Source: Rhynchobatus australiae (lineage: Eukaryota). From it: a stretch of 64,000 nt of DNA. This document shows positions 41,586 through 52,980 of this stretch, piece after piece (position 1 is the stretch's first letter; every line of letters starts with the position of its first letter). The DNA is taken from NCBI GenBank assembly GCA_034780895.1, contig JAUZTB010000068.1, positions 20,307,151 through 20,371,150 on the forward strand, read 5' to 3'. The notes under the pieces were generated by a model. That model had not been told where the DNA came from and searched no databases. It saw only the letters and a list, made by a program, of their open reading frames with translations. The position numbers were made by a program, and so were the translations under genes.

Positions 41586-44500
41586 CACTCACCTCATTTT
41601 CATCAGGCCATTATTGCCATTCCCTTCCTGGCCCACTGCTCAGTAGTTGAAGGACATGCTACAGTTCACAGTGGATCCACAGTGAAGGCATTAAACTGTG
41701 GAGGGTGACAATCTTGAGTAAGAACTTTGATANNNNNNNNNNNNNNNNNNNNNNNNNNNNNNNNNNNNNNNNNNNNNNNNNNNNNNNNNNNNNNNNNNNN
41801 NNNNNNNNNNNNNNNNNNNNNNNNNNNNNNNNAAGAACTTTGATATCCCTTTATTGGGTTAGGACTTAGTAACTTTCTCTCGTTAGTTGGCACCAAATAT
41901 TTTCCTGGAAGGGCTTTGGTCTTGGTTCAGCCTTCAGTCAAACCTCTGATGGAGGCACTCTCTAATGCTTATATTTTTGTGCCCCTACACTACCAAGTGT
42001 CCTTTGGGCCAGAGTCTAATGTACATCAGGATAAATCCCAGCTCCTGGAAATAGAGTGAGATCTGAAGGGGAGGAATCCCTAAACCATCATCAGGCTTCT
42101 CCAGTCACCTACTCCTTCCCACATGCCTGTCCTGAGCTCCCTCCATGACGTGTTTGACACTGGCAGAGTGTTCCATCCATTGTTCAGGGCGGTGATTAGT
42201 TTGTTTCAAATAATCCCAAGGTTTTCGGTCATACGTTATTTCCAACCCAATACTGTCCCATTTCTATCTTGTTCTGCTGTTGCAGTGCATATCAGGACCA
42301 GGAGTTTGAGTTAATTTGATCCTGCTCTGGTGGATCAGGTTCAGTAGCAAGTTGCTGAAGGCTCAAGTGAGAGTGGAGAGCTGGGGAAAGCTGGGAGCAT
42401 CACTCATGACTTGCTGATTTAAAAGTTTTGAACAGCTATTTGCTGTGTCTGCTTTTGCCTGCTACCATGCCTATACCCACCAACCATAGCCCACCCACCC
42501 CATTGCCTGTTACAGCTCAAGCCAGAGAACCGCCTTGTTTCCCAGCATCTCTCTGAGCCAGAGGCTTTCCAACATTCAGCAGTTCACTGACTCTCTCAAA
42601 AGTAGGTGGTAGCTAGCCATTGGTACAAAACCCAGGAGATACCAAGCTCCACATCTGTGGAAATAGGAAAGTTGGCAATTCAGCAAACACCACCACTTCC
42701 TCAAGGCCAACCACTTACAACCTTAAATGCCATTAAGTTCCAGCTACCAAGGCCATATTGCAAGTCAACAGATCAGATCCGGCCCTGAGCTATACTGAGC
42801 TGTCAAAACGTATCCAAAATATGAAAACTTTCCTAAGTTTCATACTTAAAATATAAGATGTTACATCAAAAATTCTGAAATTCTTAAAGGCTAAGTGATT
42901 GAAGATTTATTGTAAATACTGAACATTTTCTCAGCCAACTAGGATGTTGTTCTGCAGAACTTGCCTTTAATGAGAAATGGGACAAGCTTAGATGGACGTC
43001 TTGGCCAGCATGGACAAATTGGGCCAAAGTGCCTGTTTCTATGCCATATGACCCTCTGATTCTAAGTATGTATGTGTATGCGTGCATGTTTCTCTATGTG
43101 TTCATTATTGAAATAAAACTTAAAGGCAATTTTTCACTTCCCATTGCCGTATGTGGTGTTGATATCAACACACAATTTATCAGATTAATATAGGAACATG
43201 CTTCACTTTAATTCTTTTTTCTTTTCTTGGCAGTGTGCTTTGAGTGGTGTCCATGTGGTATTTGCGTCACACTCTGCATTCCATAGTGTATAAAACAATT
43301 CCAGTAACACACAAGTGTTATCATTGAAGGTAAAGGAACACATTTCAATAGTCAGCTGGTATCAAAGCACAAGAAAAAGAAAAGAATATTAGATCACAGA
43401 TCACAAAGTCAGATGAACCAAAGCTTTTTTGCTTAAATAAATTGTTTTCAGAATGCACTGCATTTTATTAAATGGTATGCTTACAAATATGGTAATATCT
43501 GGACAACTATTTGATTCTCTGATTGAGCTACAGTGCTTTCATTACAAATGAATTTCTTGTCAGTCAATTTTCATTCATTCGTAATGGAACAAAAATCTTC
43601 TCTGCATTTTAATATAGCCTCAGTTTTACTTAATTGAATCATAGGAATTCTTGCCCCCCACCATAGCTGGATAGGTGGTGGAAGCCAGATAATTAGATCT
43701 ATTTGAGGATGAGATGGCTAAATACTTGAAAGATCAACTCCATCAAACACCATGGGGAACTTGCGCAGGAGTTGAGGCCAGTATTGATCAGCCACGTTCA
43801 TAGTGAATGGTGAGGCTGCCTTGGTGGCCAAACCCAGCTCTTATTTCCTTGTGCATTTCAAAAAAGAATTACTCCAATGATATAACCACTTAAGAGATTT
43901 TGGTTAAATGATTATTCCTGCCATCGAAGCAGATTAGCAGACACTGGATAGTTTTATAAATGGATATAAAATTGAAAAGAATGGAAACCATTTTCTAAGT
44001 CCAGCTATATCACTAGACTTGCTTTTGTTGCATCACATTTCCTGGAGGAGCAGATATTAAGACTATTTAACATGTATAGGTATAAAAATAGAGATGAAGC
44101 TAAAGTTTCCATCCTGAGTGGTGGTTTGTTATGAGGCTACACCCTTTCTACTCTCTGCTTATGTCAATGGGCCGAGTCGGTGAGCCTGCTGCCTGGAGTT
44201 AACTGCCTCCTGGATTTATGTGGCCCCCATGGAACAAGATGAATGACAGATGTTGGCACTTCTGTCACTCTGCCTCGCTGCTGGGCTCCACATGGAGATG
44301 CCTAAATGTACGGGGATTGTGGAAATATTCGCATCCGTCATCCAGTGCATTCCGGATTTATGGCGAGGCCTCGTAAATCCAGGAGGGACTGGTTGGGTGG
44401 GCCCCAACGTTGTTGAATAGGGACTCCAATCCTGGAAGTTCAGATGGAAAATATATGTTGTTTTCCTTTTACTTTGTTATATTTTGGATTATTTATTATC

Positions 44501-45304
44501 ACTTTGAAGTATTTTACTGGATTTTTTAATTAGTCAAAGCAGTTTAATGGCTTTTGAACATATCTTAAAAAACTATAAAATCACTTACAAAGTCTCACAG
44601 GCATTGATCAGACTTCCGCCTCCGCCCCCAGCCTTGCCTCTGACCAGGCCGTCCTGGGACTGGGGACTCAACCGCATGCTGGATGAGGCCTCGTCATTAC
44701 TGAAGCCTCACAGTGTCTCATCATCTGACTCCTGGATTGGGAGGGCCAGGACGATTGGGCTCAGATATCTGTGCAAGGTTATTACAGGGGTGGGGAGTGG
44801 TGGCTCAGTCAAACACCATTCGCCTAATATATCTAATGAGCAAAACATCCTTTGACAGTTTTATTTGCTTTTAAAGTTCTATTTATTTTGTTAGATTTTA
44901 TAGGTTTTTTAAATTTCCACCCCTGAAATGAATGANNNGGAGATTAATAATGTAAAAACTAATTTCCTAAAAGCTGTTTAAAGTTTTATTTTATAAAGGC
45001 CTCTTAGGTGAACCATGTGCAGAAATGTCATGTAAATGAAAAGTGAATCCTGGACTCCCTTTAAGGCATGAAGGTAATTAAAGGAAACAATTACATGGTT
45101 ACAAATGTTTGTTAAATCTTAATCCAAATGACTTGGTATATCTCAAAATTCATTCACAAATTCAGATATACTTTATGAAAATGGTATATAATTTATGAAG
45201 TATTCAATCCAGTTCTATCTGATCATTGTAAATTATAATTTGTTTGAAAGTATATTTGTATCTATGGTAATGATGTATAAAACATTATTTAAAGAACATA
45301 TTAG

Positions 45305-45660
45305 AGTAGTGGTTAAGTTGCTGTAACAATATACAAAGAGTAGACTATCGATCAAGAAACATAATTTCAAGTCCTAACATAACAGCTGTTTAAATTTTAG
45401 TAATAAATAAAACTGTGATAAAAAGCTGCTTTCAGTTTTGCTGACCAAGAAAATGGCCTATGCAAAAGCATTTGTCTCCATGTTGTCGTTCAGGAAAGGA
45501 TACATCCCACCGCCATCCTTTTGCAGTCTGGTTTGTATGTGACTCCAGACCAATAATGTGGTTAAATCTTAAAACTGCCAATTCACGTCACATGGAGGTG
45601 GACAATAAACATTGCTTTGTCAATAATCTTAATATTATGGAGGGGAATAAAAATAAGATT
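45305..45660 (+). mobile_element. Decayed tRNA-derived SINE sharing its 3' tail with the 2180-4160 LINE
   Basis: Head gtagtggttaag, body gtctggtttgtatgtgactccagacc..aatgtggtt, and tail ggtggacaataaacattgctttgtcaa similar to LINE tail gatgggcgataaatgttcaccttgccag. Confidence 0.55.
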
Positions 45661-46389
45661 GAATAATTGGTGCACCAAATGTGCTGGAATTGTTCAATGT
45701 TTTTAAACTGCTGTTTCTCAATCTTTGACAGTTATACTAATGTGAAGTATTTGTCTAATATAGATTTAAAAGTCTTTGGAGGGAAATATGAATTCAAAAT
45801 AGTAATTTAATGTTAAAATGTTTATCCTTATGCACTTGCAGCATTTAAAATTTTATAGACTGTCTATACTTCAGGACTGTATGGAAAATTGGAATCTTCT
45901 TATTCAATTAACCTCGTCCTGACTGGCACCACATGCTTTATACATAATTTTATTCCTTGGTTCTCCATGTTCTTGTTTCAGATATTTTGTATTTCCCATT
46001 GTATGTCAGGCAGATGACTGGTTGAAAGGTCTATTCCAGTTTTTGAAATCCATTAAGTCTATGAATTATTTTGTATATGTGTTTTTGGTTTTNNNNNNNN
46101 NNNNNNNNNNNNNNNNNNNNNNNNNNNNNNNNNNNNNNNNNNNNNNNNNNNNNNNNNNNNNNNNNNNNNNNNNNNNNNNNNNNNNNNNNNNNNTGGCTTC
46201 TAATTATAAATTAATTCTGTTAACTTGAATGTAATTGTCTACAGTATGTCCTTAGCCCCAAACTGAAGTTATCTGAGAATGTTTGCAAAGAAACTCCTGC
46301 AAGACTGCAAAAACTAGTTTTAATGTGGAAAATATATATTTCAGTTCATCTGTTCAAGAAGGAAATTGGCAGCAGCTGCAGCATTAATA

Positions 46390-46590
46390 AAAATAGAAAA
46401 TTCTGAAAATATTGAGGAGGTCGGCCAGCATGTGTGGAGATAGACTTCAATTCTATGTTTCAATTCTGAATAAAGGTGATAAATCTGAAGTGTTAACTCT
46501 GCTTCTCTCTTCACAGATGCCGCCTGACCTGAGTATTTTTAACATTTTCTATTTTAATTTAAGATGTATAGCATCTGCAGTTTTGTTTCA
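46390..46590. mobile_element. Hairpin-forming Penelope-like relic
   Basis: Arm aatagaaaattctgaaaatattgaggaggtcggccagcatgtgtggaga (about 46392-46440) is the imperfect reverse complement of ctcttcacagatgccgcctgacctgagtattttaacattttctatt (about 46507-46553). Confidence 0.6.
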
Positions 46591-48824
46591 ATGTTTTAAT
46601 AGTCACAGCAGATCGAATCCACTATTTGCTTAGTATTATAATTATGGCACAGTACTGCTGGATAACGTGTACAGAACCTGTATTTGCTTAAACAATCATA
46701 ATCAGTTGGTTTGGCAAAATGACTTGTTTTATTCTTGCTTATTGATGGTTTGTTACATTCCAGTATTTTTTGTGGTGTATCTTTATAATCCATTCGGATT
46801 TGCCTTTTCAAGATTTATTTAATGTTATGTATTGGAATGCAGTATGCACATAGCTGCCTTCAACATCACTTTCTATGTGCAACAAGTGACTTGGAGCTGC
46901 AGACTGAATGAATGTTCCTTTCCAACACAACCAGTTCTTCCATTGCGGAAATTTTTAGGTACTTCAGAGAACTGGCAGCAATGGTCATTTGGACAATAAA
47001 TTGATTCCCTCTTTTGTCTGATACGTTCTTCCTTTTCTGGTGCGGATAAACACAGAGCAAGACGAGCTTGTATGAGATCCACAGCGCCTCAATGAAAGAG
47101 CTGTGCAGAGTTTGTTAAATTGGTTGTGTAATTGCTTGTTTCTGGTAGGAATTCATGCTAAATTGCACTAACCATTTTAGCGTCATTAAAAATGTAAGTT
47201 TTGTTTTACTGGAAGTGGCTATTTGTGATCAAGCTGGACACGACGTGAAATAACGGTATCCAATTGAGCAGGACGATTATGTAACAGTCCTGTGCACAGC
47301 TCAGGTGGACTGTTGAATTTGTAGCCGTTTCAACCTCAAGTGGTAATCAGCATGCTTGGAAAGTGTGAAATAAACATTGTAGCATCCTTACAACGAGGGG
47401 ACTTCCTGGTATACGTCACGATACATTTATTTTCAATAAATCGCACTCTGGCACCACTCCGCTTCGGCAGGAATTTGATCTTAGTTGTGGGATACTAAAA
47501 TTAGAAACTTCCATTGTCCTATTTTGGGAGTTTGGTGTCACCCCCATTAAAACAACACAGAAGGATCTCAGAATGACGAACGCTCTAAGCAAGGGGACCT
47601 CGGTCTCTGACAGCACAACTACAAATCCAGGGCTGTTAACTCTTTCAGTGGAAGTGCTGGGGAAGTTCTGCCCTCCGTGCATGAAAGAAATTCATTCAGT
47701 TCTGTCTGAGAACCACCCCAGCCTCCACATCGACCTTCAAATCAACCATTCGTTCAGAACATCTCCTCCCCGTGTAACTATCAACCGTGGTTTCACTATT
47801 GCGCTGAAATGTATGAAAATACACGGCTCTGTATTCGTTAATATAATTTGCATGTTGAAACATTCCACCGATAGTAATTAAAGAAGAGATTCAAATGATA
47901 AACAAAGATGCGAGTTCCCGGTGACGTACGACTTGCTGGCACTAGTAAGAGCTACTCCAAAAAATAACCCATGTTCATAAGTTTGCCCGTGCTTCGGAAC
48001 ACTAATCGAAATGAACACATTTAATGTTTAGTCGAGATTCGCTGCGAAATTGAATCAGAAACGTTTTAAAATAAGCAAGTCTTGAAAACAAATAATGCCT
48101 CAGTTAAGAACTGTCCTTGCAGTTGTTGTAGTGGTAAAGTCTCCTTCCTCTCCCTATCGTGGGTTCAGTATCTTCTGTGCCCTTTTATAAACGGGAAATA
48201 GTGACATGTAACATTTTGGCAATAAACTGTCGTAAAGGGAGCGTTGAAATAGCACTCAGACAATAACTCAACTACTGAGCTGGGTAAAAATCGAATCTGT
48301 TTTTATAATCATGTAATGATTGAACCTGTTCGGCTAGAAACTAGTATTTTCTAAAGTAAAGGGGTAAAGGTAATCAAGCGCTCGGCCGGCCTGCGGGGAA
48401 AGCTCACCGGCGGGTTGATAGAAACAGACGAACGCAGGGAATGAACCAGAACATACTCTGAGAGTGAGCACAGCACAGTATTTAAAAGGTTGTAATGTCC
48501 CAGGCGAGCTGAGATTCCTCAGTCCCGTGCGGCGGACGGCTGTCTAAGGCTGTAATAGCTCAGCAGGGGCTAATAGCAGAAATGAGAGTTAAACGAGCCC
48601 AGGAGAGGGTTAATGAACACCCATCTATCACCCGCCGCCACTCTCCCCCCATTCATTACTGGTTTGCTGGCTTTTCACACTTATTTGTATTTTCATTTTG
48701 ATGTGATTTTGTTTACTCATTCCGTCCATTTCTGTGGCCGCTTGTTCTCCAGATGACTGCCTTTAGATTTTATTTGAATTACTTCGTTTTTAATTTTCAG
48801 CTCCATCTTCCCACCATCCCCTTC

Positions 48825-48964
48825 TCTATCTGCTGTCTCTCTCACTCTGTGTGTGTATGTATCTCTGTCCCTTTCTCTCTATGTCTCTTTCTGACGGTCT
48901 GTGTCTGTCTGTCTCGCTCTCTGAACGTGTGTGCGTGTGTCCGTCTGTCTCTGTCTCCTCTCTG

Positions 48965-49008
<44 letters not shown>

Positions 49009-49097
49009 TGTCTGTCTGTATGTCTGTTTGTCTGTGTCTGTCTCGCTCTCTAACTCTGTGTGTGTCTCCCTCACTCTGTCTGTCTCTGACTGTGTCT
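48825..49097. repeat. Compound (TG)n/(TC)n/(TCTG)n low-complexity tract running into a gap
   Basis: Directly visible. Confidence 0.95.
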
Positions 49098-51034
49098 NNN
49101 NNNNNNNNNNNNNNNNNNNNNNNNNNNNNNNNNNNNNNNNNNNNNNNNNNNNNNNNNNNNNNNNNNNNNNNNNNNNNNNNNNNNNNNNNNNNNNNNNNNN
49201 NNNNNNNNNNNNNNNNNNNNNNNNNNNNNNNNNNNNNNNNNNNNNNNNNNNNNNNNNNNNNNNNNNNNNNNNNNNNNNNNNNNNNNNNNNNNNNNNNNNN
49301 NNNNNNNNNNNNNNNNNNNNNNNNNNNNNNNNNNNNNNNNNNNNNNNNNNNNNNNNNNNNNNNNNNNNNNNNNNNNNNNNNNNNNNNNNNNNNNNNNNNN
49401 NNNNNNNNNNNNNNNNNNNNNNNNNNNNNNNNNNNNNNNNNNNNNNNTTCTGCCTATATTTTAAAAACGTTCTAAATGTATTTTTTAGAATCATATGACA
49501 GGAGACAAAACGCGGTACTGAACCAACGAGAACTCCGCGAGGAAAGCCTCTCCAAAACAGTCACGCAATTTTATTTTGGGATTAAAAGATTTGTTCGGAA
49601 AAGAAAAGGAGCGAATTATACGTCGATATGAAATCGATAAGTTCCGTTGCGTTTAAAAGTCGGCCAAAACTTTGATTGACCGGCCAGTGTTGGACTTCAG
49701 ACTGCCTTACTGTCTTTAACTTCATTTCAGCTGAGGACACTTTAACTTAATTAAAATAGTAACCTCCAGACACCCATGCTACTCTCTCCTCCAGCTAAAT
49801 TCACCTGATTTCGTTGGTCCTGAAGAAGTTAACCACGCAGTTATGTGCTTGGGATTTATGCGGAATCTATACCACTGACTCGTTCTGCAACATGGTCAGA
49901 AATGAATGTCATTTGTTTTGGAGCAAGTCAACCTCTAATTCGCTCTCGTCATTTCCAGGAAAACACCGGTTGTATCAAAGTTCTCACTCTTCCTCATAAC
50001 GGCCTATTTCCTTACACAGTTTTATTCCTGAATTGTTTTGAATAAATGTAATCAGATTGTGGGGATAATTTTGGTTTTCTACTGTGTGGATCAGTTGTCC
50101 CCTAAGCCAAACGTTCCAATTTCCAAAAAAAAAGGAAAATATTGGCAAAAAATGATGCAGAAAGCGCATCAATGAAGAATATATTTGGCGCCAAAAAACA
50201 CGAACACAATAAACACAAATGAAGCACTATCGGTTAAGAGACGCCAAAAACGTGGAAGGCCGGTGGGGGGGGGAGTGGATATGGCGGAGAGAATACAGAC
50301 ACATTGAGGGGAAGAGAAACAGTTAGGGAGGCAGTAATCAACTANNNNNNNNNNNNNNNNNNNNNNNNNNNNNNNNNNNNNNNNNNNNNNNNNNNNNNNN
50401 NNNNNNNNNNNNNNNNNNNNNNNNNNNNNNNNNNNNNNNNNNNNAGAGAAACAGTTAGGGAGGCAGTAATCAACTATGAAACTCAATTATCAAGGGAATA
50501 AAATAATAGGTAAAAACAGGGGGAGACGGGCTTTGGATATGGGCAGCAAGGGATGGGCATGACAAATTCATGCAGCAAGAGCGAAATGGAAGAAATGTGA
50601 AGTAATTACTTTGCGTCAGATTTACCAGGCAGACAGATCAACTGAGATGAGAAATGCCACGTAACCGCATTTTAAAGAGAGATTTGTAAACTAATGAAAC
50701 TCGGAGGATAAAATCTCTTTTCCGGAATTCACCAGCATATTTTGAAAGAATTTAGGGAAGTGATCCCAAAGATACTCTATTTAATAATTTGTTACAGAGT
50801 TTTAATGCAAGTAGTGAAAAAGGTAGCATAACGCGGATGTTTAAATTGGAAGATAGAAAATATCCAAGGAACTATTAAAGTCACGTAATATTGGAGGCAG
50901 AAAATGTAAGCTCCACTGAAAGAGAAAATAGAAAAATTCAAATCAAAAATGTTTTAAAAATACATAGAATAGAATCCACAAGGAAAAGTTTTTCTTGACC
51001 ATTCTCGTTNNNNNNNNNNNNNNNNNNNNNNNNA

Positions 51035-52085
51035 GAGTCGACTAGGGTAATGTAGTAGATATGATTTATCTAGATTTCGAAATGACCATTGATATGACAC
51101 CACATAATAGATTCACCAATGAAGGTAAAATCAGGGGACAAAAAACGGTTAGCTCACGAGTGAAGAGGTGGGAGAAAGCTAAAAGCGTGATTCTACAAGA
51201 GTCCACTACTGTTCACGGTGTCCATTAAATATTTAGACTTTGAAATCAAGAATAAGCTTTAAATTTGCAAAAATTCAAAGTTGGATGCAGGGAACAGTCA
51301 ATACGATGGAGGACTGAAACAAATTGAGTCACCAATGAACTGCCAGAACGGATAAATAATTGGGAAATGAGTAGGCAGATAGGTGCGAAGCTTCCAATTT
51401 GTTGAGAAGAATAAATAGAACAAGCATTGCTTTGAAAACAAGAATTTAAATGCATTAGAGGAACAAGGAGTCTCAAGTGCAAATATACAAATTGCTATAA
51501 GTACCAACGCAGGTTATGTCATAAGAGTAAACAGAACCAGTGTTAGGGCTTATTTCCAGACCGGCGGAATTGAAAAGTAAACTGGTTGCAGTGTTCTTTT
51601 GGACCGTAATCGTGGGCTGTACACATTTCTGGGTAGATTATGGTAAATGAATGTAGAAGCAAAAGATAGGGTGCAAAAAAAATCACAAACACGGTACCAC
51701 ATCAGAGAAGTTGTACTTTTTAGGAAAACTTAGGTATGGCTTTCCTTGAATAAGGCCCAGAAATAACCGATTAGAAATCGATAACATATAAAATGTTTTT
51801 ATAGACTATGTACCGGGAGAGTGTAAAACTAAAAGCCATCAGTGTAAATTTGACGTGAAAAGTGGAGAATCTGGAAGATAGCTTTGGAAGATTCGGAATC
51901 TGAGAAGAAGGAGGAATTTACCACCTCACGGAGAATGTTGCATTTAAGGAGGAGCTAGGTAAGTAAATGAGGGCGAAAAGTTAGGATCAACAGGCAGAAA
52001 TAGGTTCGAATTTAGCTGAAGGACCAGTTTAGCCTGATTAGGACAAGTAGCCTGTTACTGCTCTGCATGTTCTATGTAATTCTTT
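51035..52085 (+). mobile_element. Very old CR1 LINE remnant
   Basis: gtagtagatatgatttatctagatttcgaaatgaccattgat (VDMIYLDF..), taaatttgca, and a decayed tail gcctgttactgctctgcatgttctatgtaattct. Confidence 0.6.
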
Positions 52086-52919
52086 GTAAATCCCCTTCTT
52101 GTTTTATTCGAACCACAGNNNNNNNNNNNNNNNNNNNNNNNNNNNNNNNNNNNNNNNNNNNNNNNNNNNNNNNNNNNNNNNNNNNNNNNNNNNNNNNNNN
52201 NNNNNNNNNNNNNNNNNNGACATAATCCAAGTCTCGCTCACAAACATCGGAGACTACTTTTAAAAACGCACTTCTTTATTATGAAAGTTTCTCTGGCAGT
52301 TTTAGTTAGGATATAAGTCAATATTTTATATAACAAAATAGCATACCAATCCAAGCCTGTTATCGGCAAGTAACTGCCAGTATTGAAAATAATTTCTGAT
52401 CAGTCTTCAGGATTGTATAAAATATAAAACAATTGGTGCTTGTGGAATGTGACTCATTGTCCGCATATTATTACCACGTACAAAACATCAATATGTTTAT
52501 GCTTCACCTTTCACGAAATTCCAGCAAGGAAAATAGAAAACATGAATCCAATTATTCTTGTTTACTGAATATGTTTAGGTGCAAATCTCTTTCAAATATA
52601 TTGAACCAGATCCATCTCAAATATTTTCATACTCTATCATAGTGTGGTCCGGTCACGATAAAAATAACCAGTGCAGCTAACACTGACAAAAAGAAGCATT
52701 AAGTGAGTGTAACTCGATTTCTGATCATGCATATTTTTTGGCAGACGATGTGTCCATGAGTGTAAATTCTCACTCAGTAATATGGTGAAAAACTTAATAT
52801 ATTTCCAATGTAACAGATTTCCATTTTAAGAATATTTAATAATCCCATAAGGCAGGTTTAATACATGAACAATTAGTTCCACTTATTTTAGTTTGAACAG
52901 AACAGGCGAAGTCGTTTAC

Positions 52920-52980
52920 CTTTTTTGATTACAGACTGGTCCAATAAATTCATCCCAGGACTTCCGTTATCATCCACGGC
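52920..52980 (-). CDS. TFAP2E: AP-2 family coding exon 3 (AVDDNGSPGMNLLDQSVIKK + 1 nt)
   Basis: Found by reading the reverse strand: ctctctttcccttcag|GCC GTG GAT GAT AAC GGA AGT CCT GGG ATG AAT TTA TTG GAC CAG TCT GTA ATC AAA AAA G|gtaaac. 61 nt, phase 0 to 1. LLDQSVIKK is the conserved AP-2 beta/epsilon exon 3 motif. Confidence 0.95.

Noticed and set aside
41720-41845. aagaactttgata duplicated across a 100-N gap
   Set aside because: Most likely the same artifact. It could be a TSD of an unassembled insertion, but that cannot be tested here.
48118-48180. tRNA-like boxes (tgtagtggtaa...gggttcagt)
   Set aside because: No cloverleaf and an imperfect B box; at most a decayed SINE head.
48826-49498. 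ORFs of 167-222 aa with CVCVCV/THTHTH runs
   Set aside because: Translations of microsatellite sequence plus a gap.
50313-50476. 32-bp direct repeat agagaaacagttagggaggcagtaatcaacta on both sides of a 100-N gap
   Set aside because: Typical scaffolding artifact (overlapping contig ends around a fixed-size gap), not a biological repeat.
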